From Octopus vulgaris (Eukaryota): DNA of 64,000 nucleotides. Below, piece by piece: positions 12,766-26,989 of this stretch. Made by a program: the position numbers and the translations under genes. The notes under the pieces were generated by a model. It worked only from the letters and a program-made list of their open reading frames with translations. It searched no databases and had not been told where the DNA came from. Each line of letters starts with the position of its first letter. The stretch's first letter is position 1. The DNA is taken from assembly GCA_951406725.2 (NCBI GenBank), contig OX597832.1, positions 14,260,001 to 14,324,000 on the forward strand, written 5' to 3'.

Positions 12766-14199
12766 CAGATGGATTTCTTATAGTCAGTAGAGAGGAATTC
12801 ATTTTACGCAATTATCACAAAGTTGCTTATGACAAAATGAGCAATTATAACAAAATCTTTCTGACTTCATGTAAATATATATTTAATGATGAGGCATCGT
12901 TTAACATGTTATATTTCCTTATTCGATTGCACTTGAAACAAGCAGCACGGAATTATCTAAACTCACAATGCTGAAACGAATGTTACAAATAACATGAAAT
13001 TGGGGATATCATAATTTTGCTTGGAGTTTTCCTAATTAATCTCACATTCGCAACGCATATTATAACCAGCAATCCTATTGAATAAAGTAGTAGCCGCACT
13101 TGTATACTTGATGTATACTGGACAATGAAAATTCATCTGGATCTTGAAACTCACCAGTGGCAGTGGTACATCTAAATGTACATAGATATATATTATACGT
13201 CAGCATGTGTGTCTGTGTCAGATTTTGTGTGTGAGAACCTGTGTGTTTACGTGTATATTCTTCTATATTATATATCCAGCAAGCCTTAATTATTTGGATG
13301 TACGTAATTTCAGACCTTTAGTGTACTTGGAATTTTATAACGTGCTTGCATAAGATGATATATATCAAAAGTTTTCATTCCATACAGGCTAACATAGCAA
13401 TGGTTGCGTTATCTCGTCTTACTTTACAGAAAACAAACTTGCTGATTTTTCTCTTATATTGCTGTTAAAGCAAATGCCATCTCATCTTGGAAAATTTCTG
13501 CTATATTTTTATGTCAAATAATATATACTTAATTCAAAGTATGACCTTACTAATTTTACTTCTCACTTTAATGTATACACTAATATCTATTGGGATTCAA
13601 ATATATGCATATAAATATGATCAACGCAGTAAATACTTCCATTATTGAAATGAGTAAGACATTGATACCATAAAACATTTTTATATTCTTCCGAAATATA
13701 AGTATGTATAATAAATATAATTCTTTCTCATTTATCGTCATTTAAATAACTGAATTACCTTATTCTTTACAAAACGTTTCATTATATTTATTTCCATCAT
13801 ACCAGAATAATATTTCACCCCACATCTCAACGTTTACAACTGAATACTTGTATTATAAACACATTACAACTTAATTATATGTACGTCTTTAACAGTGTTT
13901 TATTAAGAAACTAACGATTCAAAACGGATATTGAATACTTATTCAAGCTGTTTTCTTCAATAAAGAGTAAGAAATTGTGTCAAATCTTATTGTTTGGTCT
14001 TTACTAATGCAAATAGCAATAAATCACGTTTTTTTCTACGTTGCGAGCATTTATCACATATAAAGAGTTTCGTATTTGAGAAGTATATAACAATACCTGC
14101 AGAGAATAGTAGATTAGGATATAGAACATGAAATAGCTGCAGATTTTGACATTTACGGTGAGGTGGGTGTTACACAAAATACATATACACATGCTATAC

Positions 14200-14210
14200 A
14201 CATAATATAT

Positions 14211-14285
<75 letters not shown>

Positions 14286-14289
14286 ACAC

Positions 14290-14345
<56 letters not shown>
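14200..14345. repeat. (TA)n microsatellite, representative of dozens in the window
   Basis: Direct observation. Other long TA tracts lie at ~21380-21540, 27820-27950, 46530-46845 and 48712-48786. Confidence 0.98.
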
Positions 14346-14351
<6 letters not shown>

Positions 14352-15619
14352 TAGTATGCATGTATGTATATACAAGTATGCATACACACACGTGTGTGTG
14401 TAAGTATGTAGGCATACAATAGTACTTGTCGTTGTCATCAACATAAAAGATCAGTGATAATTTAAATGGCTGTTTGCAGAATATATAACACGCACATCAG
14501 TATCTGGAACAAAGGAGTGAATAAGTATTTTGAATAAATAACCACACCCACCCACCCAACCACACACGCATGCATATATGCGAGTGCGTTCGTGTCTTTG
14601 TATGTTTATTTGTGTGTGATTGTGTGCCTGGCTACCTATTCATATACGTGCGTATGTGTATTAATATATCTGTGTCTATCACTTTATGAAGTATAAAGAA
14701 TGTATAAAAAGCCGCGCCGGGTTAAACATTCATATATAAATCAATTATAATTTATAATATGGTAAAATGTTGCTTTCAATCACTTTGCCATTGTTATGTA
14801 TATTTTGTAAAGTTTGAAAGTCAGTAACCCGATTCTATTCGTAGCTTGCTGTCATCATTTTTACGCCAGAACTAAGAATGGTGGTCTAGAATCTCCAGAG
14901 ATAATTATAAAATCTTTAGTGCATAGACACGGCGTATTTAAGACGATTTAAACTCACATGCATCGTTGTTTTCAGCTGTTGAGCGGTGCCCTGTTTATTT
15001 GATTGTTTTACTTTGTAACTCAAAGCGATAAAGTCGAAGTCCCCACTTTTATTATACATATAATTATAATTTTACAGTTTCGGCTATAATATATTTTAAC
15101 GTATTATTTATTTTCACATTCCATTAATTTCAAAACCTGAAATATCTTAACTAACATAATAACTGTCTCACTTCATATCAAATGTAATATATTCCCTCTT
15201 ATTCAATTTTCTGTCAGTTTATTATTTTTTTAAACGCGCAGGTATATTACTTAATGTAGCTTGACACCCAATCCGTCAATGGCACACATCCAAACCTTAG
15301 TACATTTGAATCATTCATCAAATCATAACCTATATACGCGTGCACAAACTAATCCCCTCATAGGAAAGCGCACATACACATGTACAACTCTAGAAGAAGA
15401 TTTATTTCATAAATTATAATAGAAAAATGTCGTTTTTTTTTTTAACGTTGCAATGCAAATATTGAGGATTTCGCAGTTGCTGCCTGCTGGTGATCACAAC
15501 GATAATGACGACAATGATGTTGTTAGATATGAGGATGTTCTTGTGGCGGTATATTATTATTAAAAGCAAAATAAAAGCAAATTAAATACATATATGTTGC
15601 AGATAATAACAATAACAAC

Positions 15620-15925
<306 letters not shown>

Positions 15926-16865
15926 TCTGTCAATAGCCATATTTCCGATAAGCTTGTTAATAATTGTCATGCGGAGATGATTCTTCAATAGCCAGCTCTG
16001 CTGAACACATCAAAGCACAAAGTACAGCATTATATCACATTATTGACTAACATTTTCTTTGAAGAATATATTCTTAAAACTGGAATATTTCCAGCTTTGT
16101 CTGTCATACGAAATATGGTCTGTATGTAAGAAACGTAATCCGTAAGAATTGATCGACTCCGTGTGATATCAGAGATTGCATTGGGGAACATGCATGATTA
16201 TATATTTCTTCAGCAATGACATTGGAGAAAGGTAATTGCAGTGTTAGTTATTACAAATAGAAAGGCCATCATGCTAGCTTCTTCCTTTTCTAATAATTGT
16301 ATAAGAAAATCAAGAGTTGTTGCTGCTATTTAGCCCAAGGTGTAGAAAGATCAAGCAAAACTCTGATCCGAGGTGTTACAACTATAATGATCCTGGCTTG
16401 CATTCAAACACTGTGTTTTATATTGAATTATCGAGTGTGTCCAGCATTCATTTTATGCACTTCGTTTTTAAAACAATTTGCGTGTTTTGTAGACAATGTC
16501 ACTATCATTTCTACCACATCCATCGGCCTGGTATAATGTCCAATCGTCGACATCACCGGTGCAACCACGTTGTGTATGGCCGTTACATATGCCGTGTTTC
16601 TTTATATTTAATAGAATAAGGAAGACCAAAGATGCTTCGCTTTGTCTTCAAGTGAAACTGTCAGGAACCGTTCTTCCGCGTTCACATGTATAATAAATGG
16701 TTGTTTACAAGTTGTCGACTCAATACATAATACTTTGATACTTTAATATGTTATTTAGATACGTATATATGAGTTAATATTAATGTTTTTCAATAAAGCC
16801 TTCTTACGAAGTCAACTAGAGATATTTGTACTATTTTTGTAAAGAGTAGTGTATAGCAGTGATCA

Positions 16866-17560
16866 TGTTACGACTTTCACTACCTCTAAGCGAATGGGTT
16901 CGGTCGTCTTCTCCGGGCCAGCAGAGAACGTCGCCGCGTGTAAGTGGACTCGTCGGCCAGATCCGAGGACCGTCGATCGGTAGTAGCGACGGGTGGGGTG
17001 TGCAAAGAGCATGGACGTGATCGACGCGGGTTGATGACCCGCGCCTACCAGGAATTCCTCGTTCGCGAGGTTGGTTCCAGGCCCCGATCCCTATCACGTG
17101 AGGTGGTCGAGAGGTGTCCTGATATCTACGGATATCTACGGCCCCGGATATCTACGGGCATAACAGACCTGTTATCGCTCCGCCTCGTGCGGCTTTCTGC
17201 AGCATGTCCCTCTAAGAAGCGCTGCGTTCGCCAACCGACTGACCCGGACGCAACGGCGTGCAACTGCCAGGCTCGCGCGGGCCGAGCCGACCGGGTCACC
17301 GCCGCCTCTCCGCAAGCGAAGCCGCAACCACGCCGTGACGCCGCGCGAGGGGACGGCAGCCGGCCGCGGCCGCAGGGCCGAACACAATGGCGAGGGGCGG
17401 CACGGCAAGCCTAGTTCGCGCGGAGCTACCGACGACGACTTTGACGCCGCCGCGCTGCCGGAAAAGTACTAATTGACGCGCTAGTTAGCAGGCCGGATTC
17501 TCGTTCGTTATCGGAATCAACCAGACGGATCGCTCCACCAAATAAGAAAGGCCATGCACA
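16866..17560 (-). pseudogene. Orphan 18S rRNA gene fragment (3' part, V7-V9), rearranged
   Basis: Plus strand reads as antisense 18S: tgttacgacttt (1492R-like), cggtagtagcgacgggtggggtgtgcaaag (1391R-like, mutated), ggaattcctcgtt, gggcataacagacctgttat, ctcgttcgttatcggaatcaaccagacggatcgctccaccaaataagaaaggccatgcac. Truncated, with AT-rich non-rDNA flanks. Confidence 0.95.
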
Positions 17561-18236
17561 CAGCTTGCCCGTAAAATTATATATTACCATAATCTGAGTG
17601 ATGTAAAAGATTATACATAAAATATTCTACTAATTTTGGATGAATTATCGAATAAAATAATCGTTAGTTGATAAAAACCTGCACATAGCAATAAGTAGCT
17701 GTATATCTTATGTTAGAGAATATATTCCTGGAGGTAAATTATATTCGGAAGTAGAAGATATATATATATATAAATTGAAATGTTCCGCTATTCTAAATTC
17801 TTTTCTATTTATCTATTATATTCTAAATACTTTCGTCACGTTATGCTGGAATACAGATTGAATGGTATGTGTATAACTAATTATTCATGTGCTAACGAAG
17901 GAAGTTGTACGTGGTAAATTGTGTTCGCAATTACTTGAATAACACTGACTTGCTTGCGAACTAATTAATAATAACAACCACCTGGATATTATAAACAGAT
18001 GAGGGTGTCTCATTGCTTTACAATTAGGTGCTTTATAAGTGGCTTTATTTGTACGATGTAGTCAACCTTACTGTGTGATAGATTAGTATTCAGTAATAAA
18101 TATCCCATCTATAAAATCAATTGAATTAAATTGAAACACAAAAAATATTGTTCTCTTAGAGACTACTTTACAAAGTTTAAAAATCTATGAATACACAACG
18201 TACGTATGTATGTATGTATGTATGTATGCATGTATG

Positions 18237-18283
<47 letters not shown>

Positions 18284-18290
18284 GTATATA

Positions 18291-19097
18291 TATATTGTCA
18301 ATAATAATAAGGGTAAAATTAATTGATTAGTAATTAATAATTTTACCAAGCAGTGTTCAGTATGTTAAATGACCAGTTACAGTATATTTAAACATTATTT
18401 TATATAATTAGGGTTCAGCCAAAAAAATTACTTTACCACATACCGAGCTTTTAGAAATAGCAGCCAAAGAATTCAGCTATTTATCCCACTATAAGAAGAG
18501 TCTCCCAGAAAATGTATACTCGAAAACAATTCACGTAGGCATAGAGGGAAAAATAACGAAAGATCACTCGTAAATCGATTACTTGAGAACGCGTTTCTGT
18601 GTTCGTTAGATATAGAGATGCTAGAAATACATACCTATTCCAACATTCCTATCACCATCCCAAGATTTCGTTATATTTAAATTTGAGAGCACAAAAAATC
18701 GAACATACCCGTCTGATTTGAGTAACCTCAGACGAACCACTTTCGACCTCCAGTACTAACGAATTCAAAACATATGAATGAGGCTTTGCATCCTCCCCTG
18801 TCCACCCACGTAAGTTATAGAGCAACAAATTCCTACAGAAGAATCTTTAGTTTATTATCAGGGAGATAATTATATTGTCAATAATAATACGGTTAAAATT
18901 AAGTAGTAATTAATAATTTTACCAAGCAGTGTTCAGTATATAAAAGGACCATTTACGGTATATTTAAACATTACTTTATATAGTTAGGGTTCAGCAAAAC
19001 AACTTACTTCACCACACACCGGAATTTTAGAAATAGCAGCCAGAGAATTTAGCTATTTCTCCTACTATAAGAAGAGTCTCCCAGACAATGTATACTC
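18291..19097 (-). mobile_element. Partial tandem non-coding repeat (period 580 bp) with decayed long-stem-II HHR
   Basis: Direct repeats 18291-18521 and 18871-19097. Reverse-complement homology to 48925-48985 (gagactcttcttatagtgggataaatagctgaattctttggctgctatttctaaa). HHR-like remnant at 18582-18664. Confidence 0.7.
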
Positions 19098-21379
19098 AAA
19101 GTATATTTCTAAATGTTCTGTGTGTTTCAATTCCGGACATTTCGTTTTCTTGTGACTGGAAACTTTCTTGCACAGATAGCTTTAGGTTTTACCTAAAATA
19201 TTGATCATAAACCAGACATATAATCTATGACACATCGGTTCAATCCACATACTTATTGTCAGATTGCAGTGCAGATTTGTTTGTGGGACTGTATTTCTTG
19301 CACTAATGGTGTTTTTATTAACAATATCCATGTTAAGGAAAAATAATTAATATGTATTTAAATTTCGGACCCTAATTACTTTCTGAATAAAAATTAGGAA
19401 CAGAAATATAAATGTCCACTGTTATTATCATTAAAACTTTACGTTGTATGGAAGCAATTTATTGCTTGCATTAAAACTCATAAATATCACAAACAAATCT
19501 AAACTAGAATAACATTTACCCTATTCCCAGTCGTGCTTTGTGTAGTCTATGTGTATGCAGACAATTTTCAGATTGAATTTACACATTACGCTTTGACGAA
19601 TGGCGATAAAACACTTGAACGTACGTGAATTCATCTCGCTACAAACATAAACATTCATTATTTATATTGCAGTAATTCGTGAAGCTTATGGATATTAAAT
19701 CATGTGATAGTCTCATCATTCGTTTATTACAGTGGGATAAATGGAGTGACACGAGAAAATTATATTGATGTCAAAAGTAATCAATAATTGTTCGGTACAA
19801 TTCATCATTTACCATAAAAATTGCTACATATTAACAGAGTGTTCCGAAGGGAATCGCTAATGTATTTCTATCAATATCTCTCCCAGAAGTTTACATTTTA
19901 AGAATGTGAATCAATGCTTAGAAACATATTGGAGAATGAAACATTAAAAAATCTAAAGAATAAAAAGGTATACAAGGACGTTTGATTGGATTAAAATCAG
20001 ACGTCTTCAGTAGAAAAAGCAACTACTGTATTTTTATTTTTTTCTAAATATTGCCAGATTTAAATCATGCAATGAGAAATTATTTGCTTCGTCTCAACAA
20101 GAAAATTCAATTCAACAAATAATTCTTCCACTGATTCCTAGCAGATTTCTCCTTTTCGGTTCGATGCTCATACATGTATATAAACTTTGGTACAGTGCAG
20201 TGACGTCTTGTTCGGGTCGTGCTATAGAAAACAATTTAAAAACTTTGGTGGCAGACACTCCAGTAGCTTCCATAAATACATGAATGAAAACCACTCTCGT
20301 CTTCTCTCCAGGGAGTAGAATGAGAACATTCTCAGCAAACTTTCCATAGCTAGACTTCCAGTTTTCCATTGTCCCTTGCATACCATTGCTTATCTGCCTC
20401 CAGTTCCACCATTAATCTGATACAGTAGGTAGTCGATATATATAAGTGTGCAAGCATATTGATTTGTGTATATATATATATATGTGAGTGTGTGTGTGTG
20501 TGGTGTGTCTATGTGTGTGTGTGTGCGTGTGGTATGTGTGTGTGTGTGTGTGTGTGTGTATGTATATAGCTCTAGAGTTTTATAGATTTTTATTTCGGAC
20601 CTTGTGTTCACAGAGTCCGATCATTAGGCCAATATTTGGTATTTATATCTATTATAAATGCTTTATTATATATTGTTATACATTTTCTTCCAAATTTTCA
20701 TGACTCTCAAATCACCTAATGTACTCTGTATCTAATGTTACGATACACACTCAGTCAAACCGCAGTATACCATTTTAAGAGGAAATAATTCTATGACATA
20801 CTTTGGCGGTTATTATTCTTGAACACCCATGGCTTGAGCTTCTTAATTCTTAAAGTTGTAAGATTGTTTAGTCATAATAGCATGAGGCGAAAAAACAACC
20901 CAACGTCAATAGAGCCATAGAGGACAACTGACTAGCGTGAGTTATATAACTTACCGCATGAAGAATAATATCAGTAACAAGAATTGAATACTTGAAATGT
21001 AATGCAAGATATCAGAGTTATTAAAATGATCAACATTTATGGCGTAAGAGAACAACGATTAACCGAATGTATAGGAAATATACAAAATATTTACAGAATA
21101 TATTTCAAATTATTTAAAGGCAGTAAAATATATATTTCCATTTTAACGAAATGTTGACCAATGAATTAATGTTAGAATATTTAATATTTAGGACAAATAA
21201 TATATCATAAATATCAGCTGCTACACATATATATTGCATTGAGTCATTTGATGTTGAAGAACAATTAAGCAAAAATATTTATTAAACAAATCAAAAACAA
21301 ATAAACAATAGATACGGTGAAATGTGCATACTCTTGTGTGAATGAATGTATGTATACGTGTGTATGCATATATATATGA

Positions 21380-21418
<39 letters not shown>

Positions 21419-21450
21419 TTTTATATATATATATGTATATATATATATAC

Positions 21451-21501
<51 letters not shown>

Positions 21502-21503
21502 TT

Positions 21504-21541
<38 letters not shown>

Positions 21542-21724
21542 GCATTCACATATTTTTATGTATGAATGTTTTTATGTACGTGTACATACGTGTGCGTGTG
21601 TGTGGGACTGTGTTTGCATGTAAGTATCAAGAAATTATGTGCACCGTCTTTATAAAATATTGGCTTTAGCCTTCGAAACCCACCTACATTACCATATTTA
21701 AAATTATGTCAAATACAATACACA

Positions 21725-21766
21725 TTATTATTATTATTATTGTTGTTGTTGTTGTTGTTGTTTTTG

Positions 21767-21839
<73 letters not shown>
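21725..21839. repeat. (TTA)n/(TTG)n microsatellite
   Basis: Direct observation. Confidence 0.95.
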
Positions 21840-24800
21840 CTCTGGTGCTAGTTTTAGACATTAAATTGCGGAAATGTTTTTTCTCGTCACTCTTTGATAA
21901 AATTTTCATTTTCAAGCATTGCCATTAAAAATAACATCATAAAACATGATTTTAATTATCAGAAGACAGTCTGCCCTGGCAACCATTGGCAGTGAAAAAA
22001 GATTTTATTTTACAGATATTATTTTATTTGCTTACAAATTTTGACCACATTTTACATTTAAAATTTCTGACAGATATGACCTTCATGGAAATCAAAGATT
22101 TATGACAGAAAAAAAGAGGAAAAGAACAATTCTAATTCAAATGTCACTGCAGAATTCACTTTAAGACAAAATTAACGAACAATTTATTGAAGAACTACTA
22201 CATGAACAATTTCGAATACGTGTCACATATTTCTTTTTTAAGTTTCCGATAAGAATTACAGCTACACTGGAACAGAGACAAGTGCTTTAAATATTTTATA
22301 AACTTGAATGAAATTCAATTTAGCCTTAGCCTGGAAATTCTTTTAGATTTAAAACACTTCTCAGGAAGAATTAGATCGCAAATTCTTTTTTGTTTTCTCT
22401 CCTTTTCAAAGACGAAAGAATATATCTTAGCAGGAGAAGTTCATCCAAGTCGTAGAGGTTGATAGAAATATTTATCTTTTCAAATGTTGGCAGAACTATA
22501 GAATTTACTCAAAAGCAACATTTAGTACATACGTGACCAGGAATTTCTGGAGAAATCTTTTGTATAAGTGTGGAAAATTATGATACCACCTCATACTCTT
22601 TCAAAGAATGAAGCTACCCCGGAAATAAAGACTGAACATGTGAACCACTGGCATGCCCTTTGGTACAGAGTATGTGCAAAAGGAATTGAACTGTGAAATT
22701 TGCGAATATCTCACTAAGAATGGGCGTGAAAGTTTGATTTCTTTCACATGTTATTGTTGCGAAAATGACACGTTTATCGTACACTGTTAGAAACCTATGA
22801 CCACTTCACACGAGAATACAATAGATAGCTTCGGTTGCAAGCTTAAGTAAAGGCCTGAAGGTGCTAAGCAAATATAAGAAGGTAAAAAAAAATACGATAT
22901 CAACATGTAGGGTAAGAATCATTTCAATGTATCGTGCTACCACACACAGACACATATACACATACACGAACACACACATACAAACACATGCATAAATACA
23001 CATACACATATAGGTATACACAAACAAAGTCTGACGCAAAGGATTAAGCAAATCTGATCAAAAAATGCCATGTTTAAAGAGAAATTTGTGGTCGCATCAT
23101 TTGAAGTAGTTGAGGATACCACCTGAGACACATTCCTATAAAAAGGAGAATAGATTAACCGTTTCTTAAGGTAACCAACCTGAAGTGTTATTAAATCGTT
23201 GTGTAATGAGGAAGATGTAATTTTCGTAATGTAAAGTATCCAGGCTCTAGAGAAAATTGAAGAGAACAAAAACAAAATGAGGAAGAAAATTCGTTTCAGC
23301 AAAATATAATTCAAAAGAAGAGAAATACATAAAAATGGCGGACATAGAACAACCGCCTGGGAACTATAATAATGCCTGTATTAAGAGTAAAGGTGAAAAA
23401 CTCTAACGATATAAAACTGAGATTTACCATCCTTGTGATCGCAAACTGTAAGCTAATAGACGCAGTCATTTAGCTCTAGTGCAACAAATTTTGCATAATT
23501 GTAATTTTGAGATGTACAGTTAGCTTTGGAATATACGTAATACACAAAACGCAGATTATTGTTAAAGCCAAGACAAAGTATTATTGTAAAGGCGAAAAAA
23601 AAAAAGCGTTTCTTGAAGACGCTTGTGTGTATCTATAACGCCCTACTAAAATTATTAGCAGTAAGACTACATCCAGTTGATAAAAGTAAGATCGATGACA
23701 AGCCACTTGCCATATAGTGTTCATTCCTCTGATTTAGGTACTTGTCTCCCTCAAATATGTGGACGAGAATACCAACTATACTCTTGTGATATTTTGCATT
23801 CAGTCTAATTTACTCTCATTAATGCTCATTTAAAACTATTTATTTATTCGCTGTCACTATTCGTATATTACAAAATTTTGATTCATAAATTTTTATGTCA
23901 TATACTATACATAACGTTCCGATTTATATAATAATGCACTGTCGTTGATGTGATGGGCGGACGTGTGTGAAGACGTAACATGGGTATCTGGCGGGAAAAC
24001 CTGTATTATTAGCATTTAACGCAATTTTTAACATTCATTTTATGTTTATGCTATTCACAGGTTTTCGTTTCGTGTTATCTACTTATTTTATGCATTGTTT
24101 ATAATTTTTCGTTACGATTTTTCTGTTCATCGTTGTTTTTATAAGATATATTGTATCGAATGTGTCTTTTTATCAGAGCATAAACCTTGTAAAATTATCC
24201 AATATATGTAGTGTGATATTTTACAAATTGTGATATTGTATTGCTGGTGCTTGAGTAGGAAATTGACTGTATACAGTAAGACTGAGGGTTTCTATCTTTG
24301 TATACTTCGAAGCTTCTAATAAAATCAAACTATGAAAGCATAATGTATAAACAATTATGGTACACAATTTTAGATATTGAGAAGGAAGTAAACATAATGT
24401 AAATTATTATTCAATGCATAAATATATGCATATATCATACACATACATACACCCACGCACATACACACACATACAAATGCACACACACATGCGTATCAGT
24501 CCCTGTTTGTGCGTGTCTCTATGTGTGGGGAAGGAAATATATGATTATTGCTGCTTTATCTCTTCAAAACTGAGCGATGCATAACCAGACGAGGCCACAT
24601 AAACAGCCCTTAAGAGCAGCACCAGAGTTGCACACAGAAATATGACATTCAAAACTTTTTGCAGCCAGAGTCATGAAGAAGACAAAAAATTAGAGTGACT
24701 ACATGGAGAACGACAACTTTTTCCACTGATACCTCAAACATAGTTATGTGGCCTCTGCAGCAAAAGCACCTCAAAGACTGGCTGTTCCTTACTTTCTATA

Positions 24801-25581
24801 AGCAATGTTTTGAAATTAAGTAGACTAGAAAAAAGTATTCCTTTGCACACGCTGCGTGTAAATTCTGAATTTAAATTTTCTAGAATCACATTTTTGTCTC
24901 CTTTCGAAAGGACCTCCCATGTTTAGCTTATTCAATATTTGCGGCGTATGTCTCGCAATCATCATTTTAACGAAGTTTTGTTCTGTTCTTTGCAAAAGAT
25001 TCTCAATTTCTAATGTTCGTGTGAATAATAGTCAGATTATCCTTACCACACCTGTGAATCGCTTTCACGTTTTATCACTTAATAACATTTTATTTAAATG
25101 CGCTCCATAAAACAATCACTTACGCAACCTGTTGTTGTCCATTCAAACAACTCATCTACATCATCTAATTTGACTATAGATTTGTGTCTACTTACCTAAT
25201 AAAATCCATCTAAGACTCATCTATATACAGGCATATATAAACATTTATATGTTTATGCATAAGTGGCTGGTGAATTATTTCTTTAGTCGTTTTTTATTCG
25301 GTATATTCGTAAGTGCACTGATTGTCGGCTTGTTTATACGTTATATCATACTAGCCAGCGGTATTTAAAATTCTTCATTGATGAATAGTACATATTTCTA
25401 GTTGCGGCTGCAGTTATATTTGCTGCGGACAACGCTACAATACTTGCTACCACGTGACAGTATACTCTTGTACATTCCATACAAAATATATCATAATACA
25501 TAGGTTATACTAAAACGTAGAATTCCTTATTTTGGAACAAGGTTTGAATTTTGGGTCTAAAATATTTATGTGTATGTATCC

Positions 25582-25693
<112 letters not shown>

Positions 25694-26074
25694 GTATGAG
25701 TGGTGAGAGTGTTATGATTTAGAACAAACAGTAAAGCGATTTCCATTATAGTACTCGGAGATTCGAATGTCGTTGCATTCTCATCGGCTATTATTAGAAA
25801 CAGAAGCTATGAAAAACCGTTAACTAAATGGGAAGTTACTCTAATAGATAGAAAAAGAAAAAAAAATGCACGCAACCATATTCTCTTAATACATAGAAAT
25901 AAACCTTTTGAGTCCATAAAGCCTACATACGGGCACACTAACACAAACATATATAGATACATGCACATACACACACAAATATATATGTGTGTGTAGGGAC
26001 TCATACATACATATCTACGTACACGCACACATGTGTATAAATATGTATATATATATATATATATCACCATCATC

Positions 26075-26181
26075 ACGTGACCGACCAGTCCATCAGATGT
26101 AGTTACACATCGCTGGTCACAATGCGTTCGCATTGTTTTAGCCTTCAGATGACGCCATCCCGCTGGCTAAGCGAGCAGGCA
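26075..26181 (-). mobile_element. Interspersed repeat fragment (probable SINE 3' part)
   Basis: GC-elevated island catcgctggtcacaatgcgttcgcattgttttagccttcagatgacgccatcccgctggctaagcgagcaggc between TA tracts. The family assignment is from memory only. Confidence 0.4.
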
Positions 26182-26206
26182 AATATATATATGTATATAT
26201 ATATAT

Positions 26207-26401
26207 ACCGGGGTAAATACATAAATGTGAAACAAGGTGGAAAAAAGAGTACTCAAATACCTGTAGAGTAATATGCTTATTTTATTTTAACAAAATGTTT
26301 GAGTTTCGTTCTTCATCAGACAGTTTTGTTTACAAAACTGTCGATGACCGGCAACGAGAAACTCAAAGTAATTTTGTGAATTTTCTCTGCTTTAAATAAA
26401 G
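26207..26401 (-). mobile_element. Relative of the 7142-7416 element with two back-to-back decayed HHR motifs
   Basis: 26207-26280 is the reverse complement of ~7340-7415. Minus strand aaaactgtCTGATGAagaacGAAACtc (26327-26301); plus strand aaaactgtC-GATGAccggcaacgaGAAACtcaaaGTA (26334-26370). Confidence 0.7.
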
Positions 26402-26434
<33 letters not shown>

Positions 26435-26562
26435 TGATATCAAAGGGAAATGGAAATTAATTAAAATTCTCATTTCCAGTGGCCTAACGTGTAAAAGTTT
26501 ATTCCAAATGACTATATATATATATATACAAACATAAATTCACAACCGTATACACGCATACG

Positions 26563-26642
<80 letters not shown>

Positions 26643-26989
26643 ATAGACACCCTCCTATCACACACCTACACCCGTTCATAAACAAACATGCATATCCATA
26701 AAAATGAATGGGACATGTGCATGAAAGTCGCACTGATGCACCGGACACAGTTAGTTTTAAATGCATATATATATACATACATACACACGCACACACATAT
26801 ACATATATAAAGGTTGAAGACATATATTCATACACGTATACATTCACATAATTGAAAAGGAAAAAAGGAAAAAAATATGTATCAAAATTTAAAAATTAAA
26901 TGGAGTTAAGACGTGGGAAACTTGTGCAGGAACAGAGTAAATATGCGGATTCTAGACGAGATCTTGGGGGGCCCAAAAGCGTAACAGTT

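Noticed and set aside
16944-17414. 156-aa GC-rich ORF and overlapping ORFs
   Set aside because: They lie within the 18S rDNA fragment; open frames result from high GC content.
20112-20381. 89-aa non-repetitive ORF as a host exon
   Set aside because: No recognisable domain, and the nearby candidate acceptors lead to stops; cannot be excluded without RNA-seq.
22050-23480. Purine-rich stretch resembling a decayed TE ORF
   Set aside because: No identifiable motif.
24591-24755. 12-bp inverted repeat gaggccacataa/ttatgtggcctc
   Set aside because: Too short, with no TSD or second copy, to call an element.
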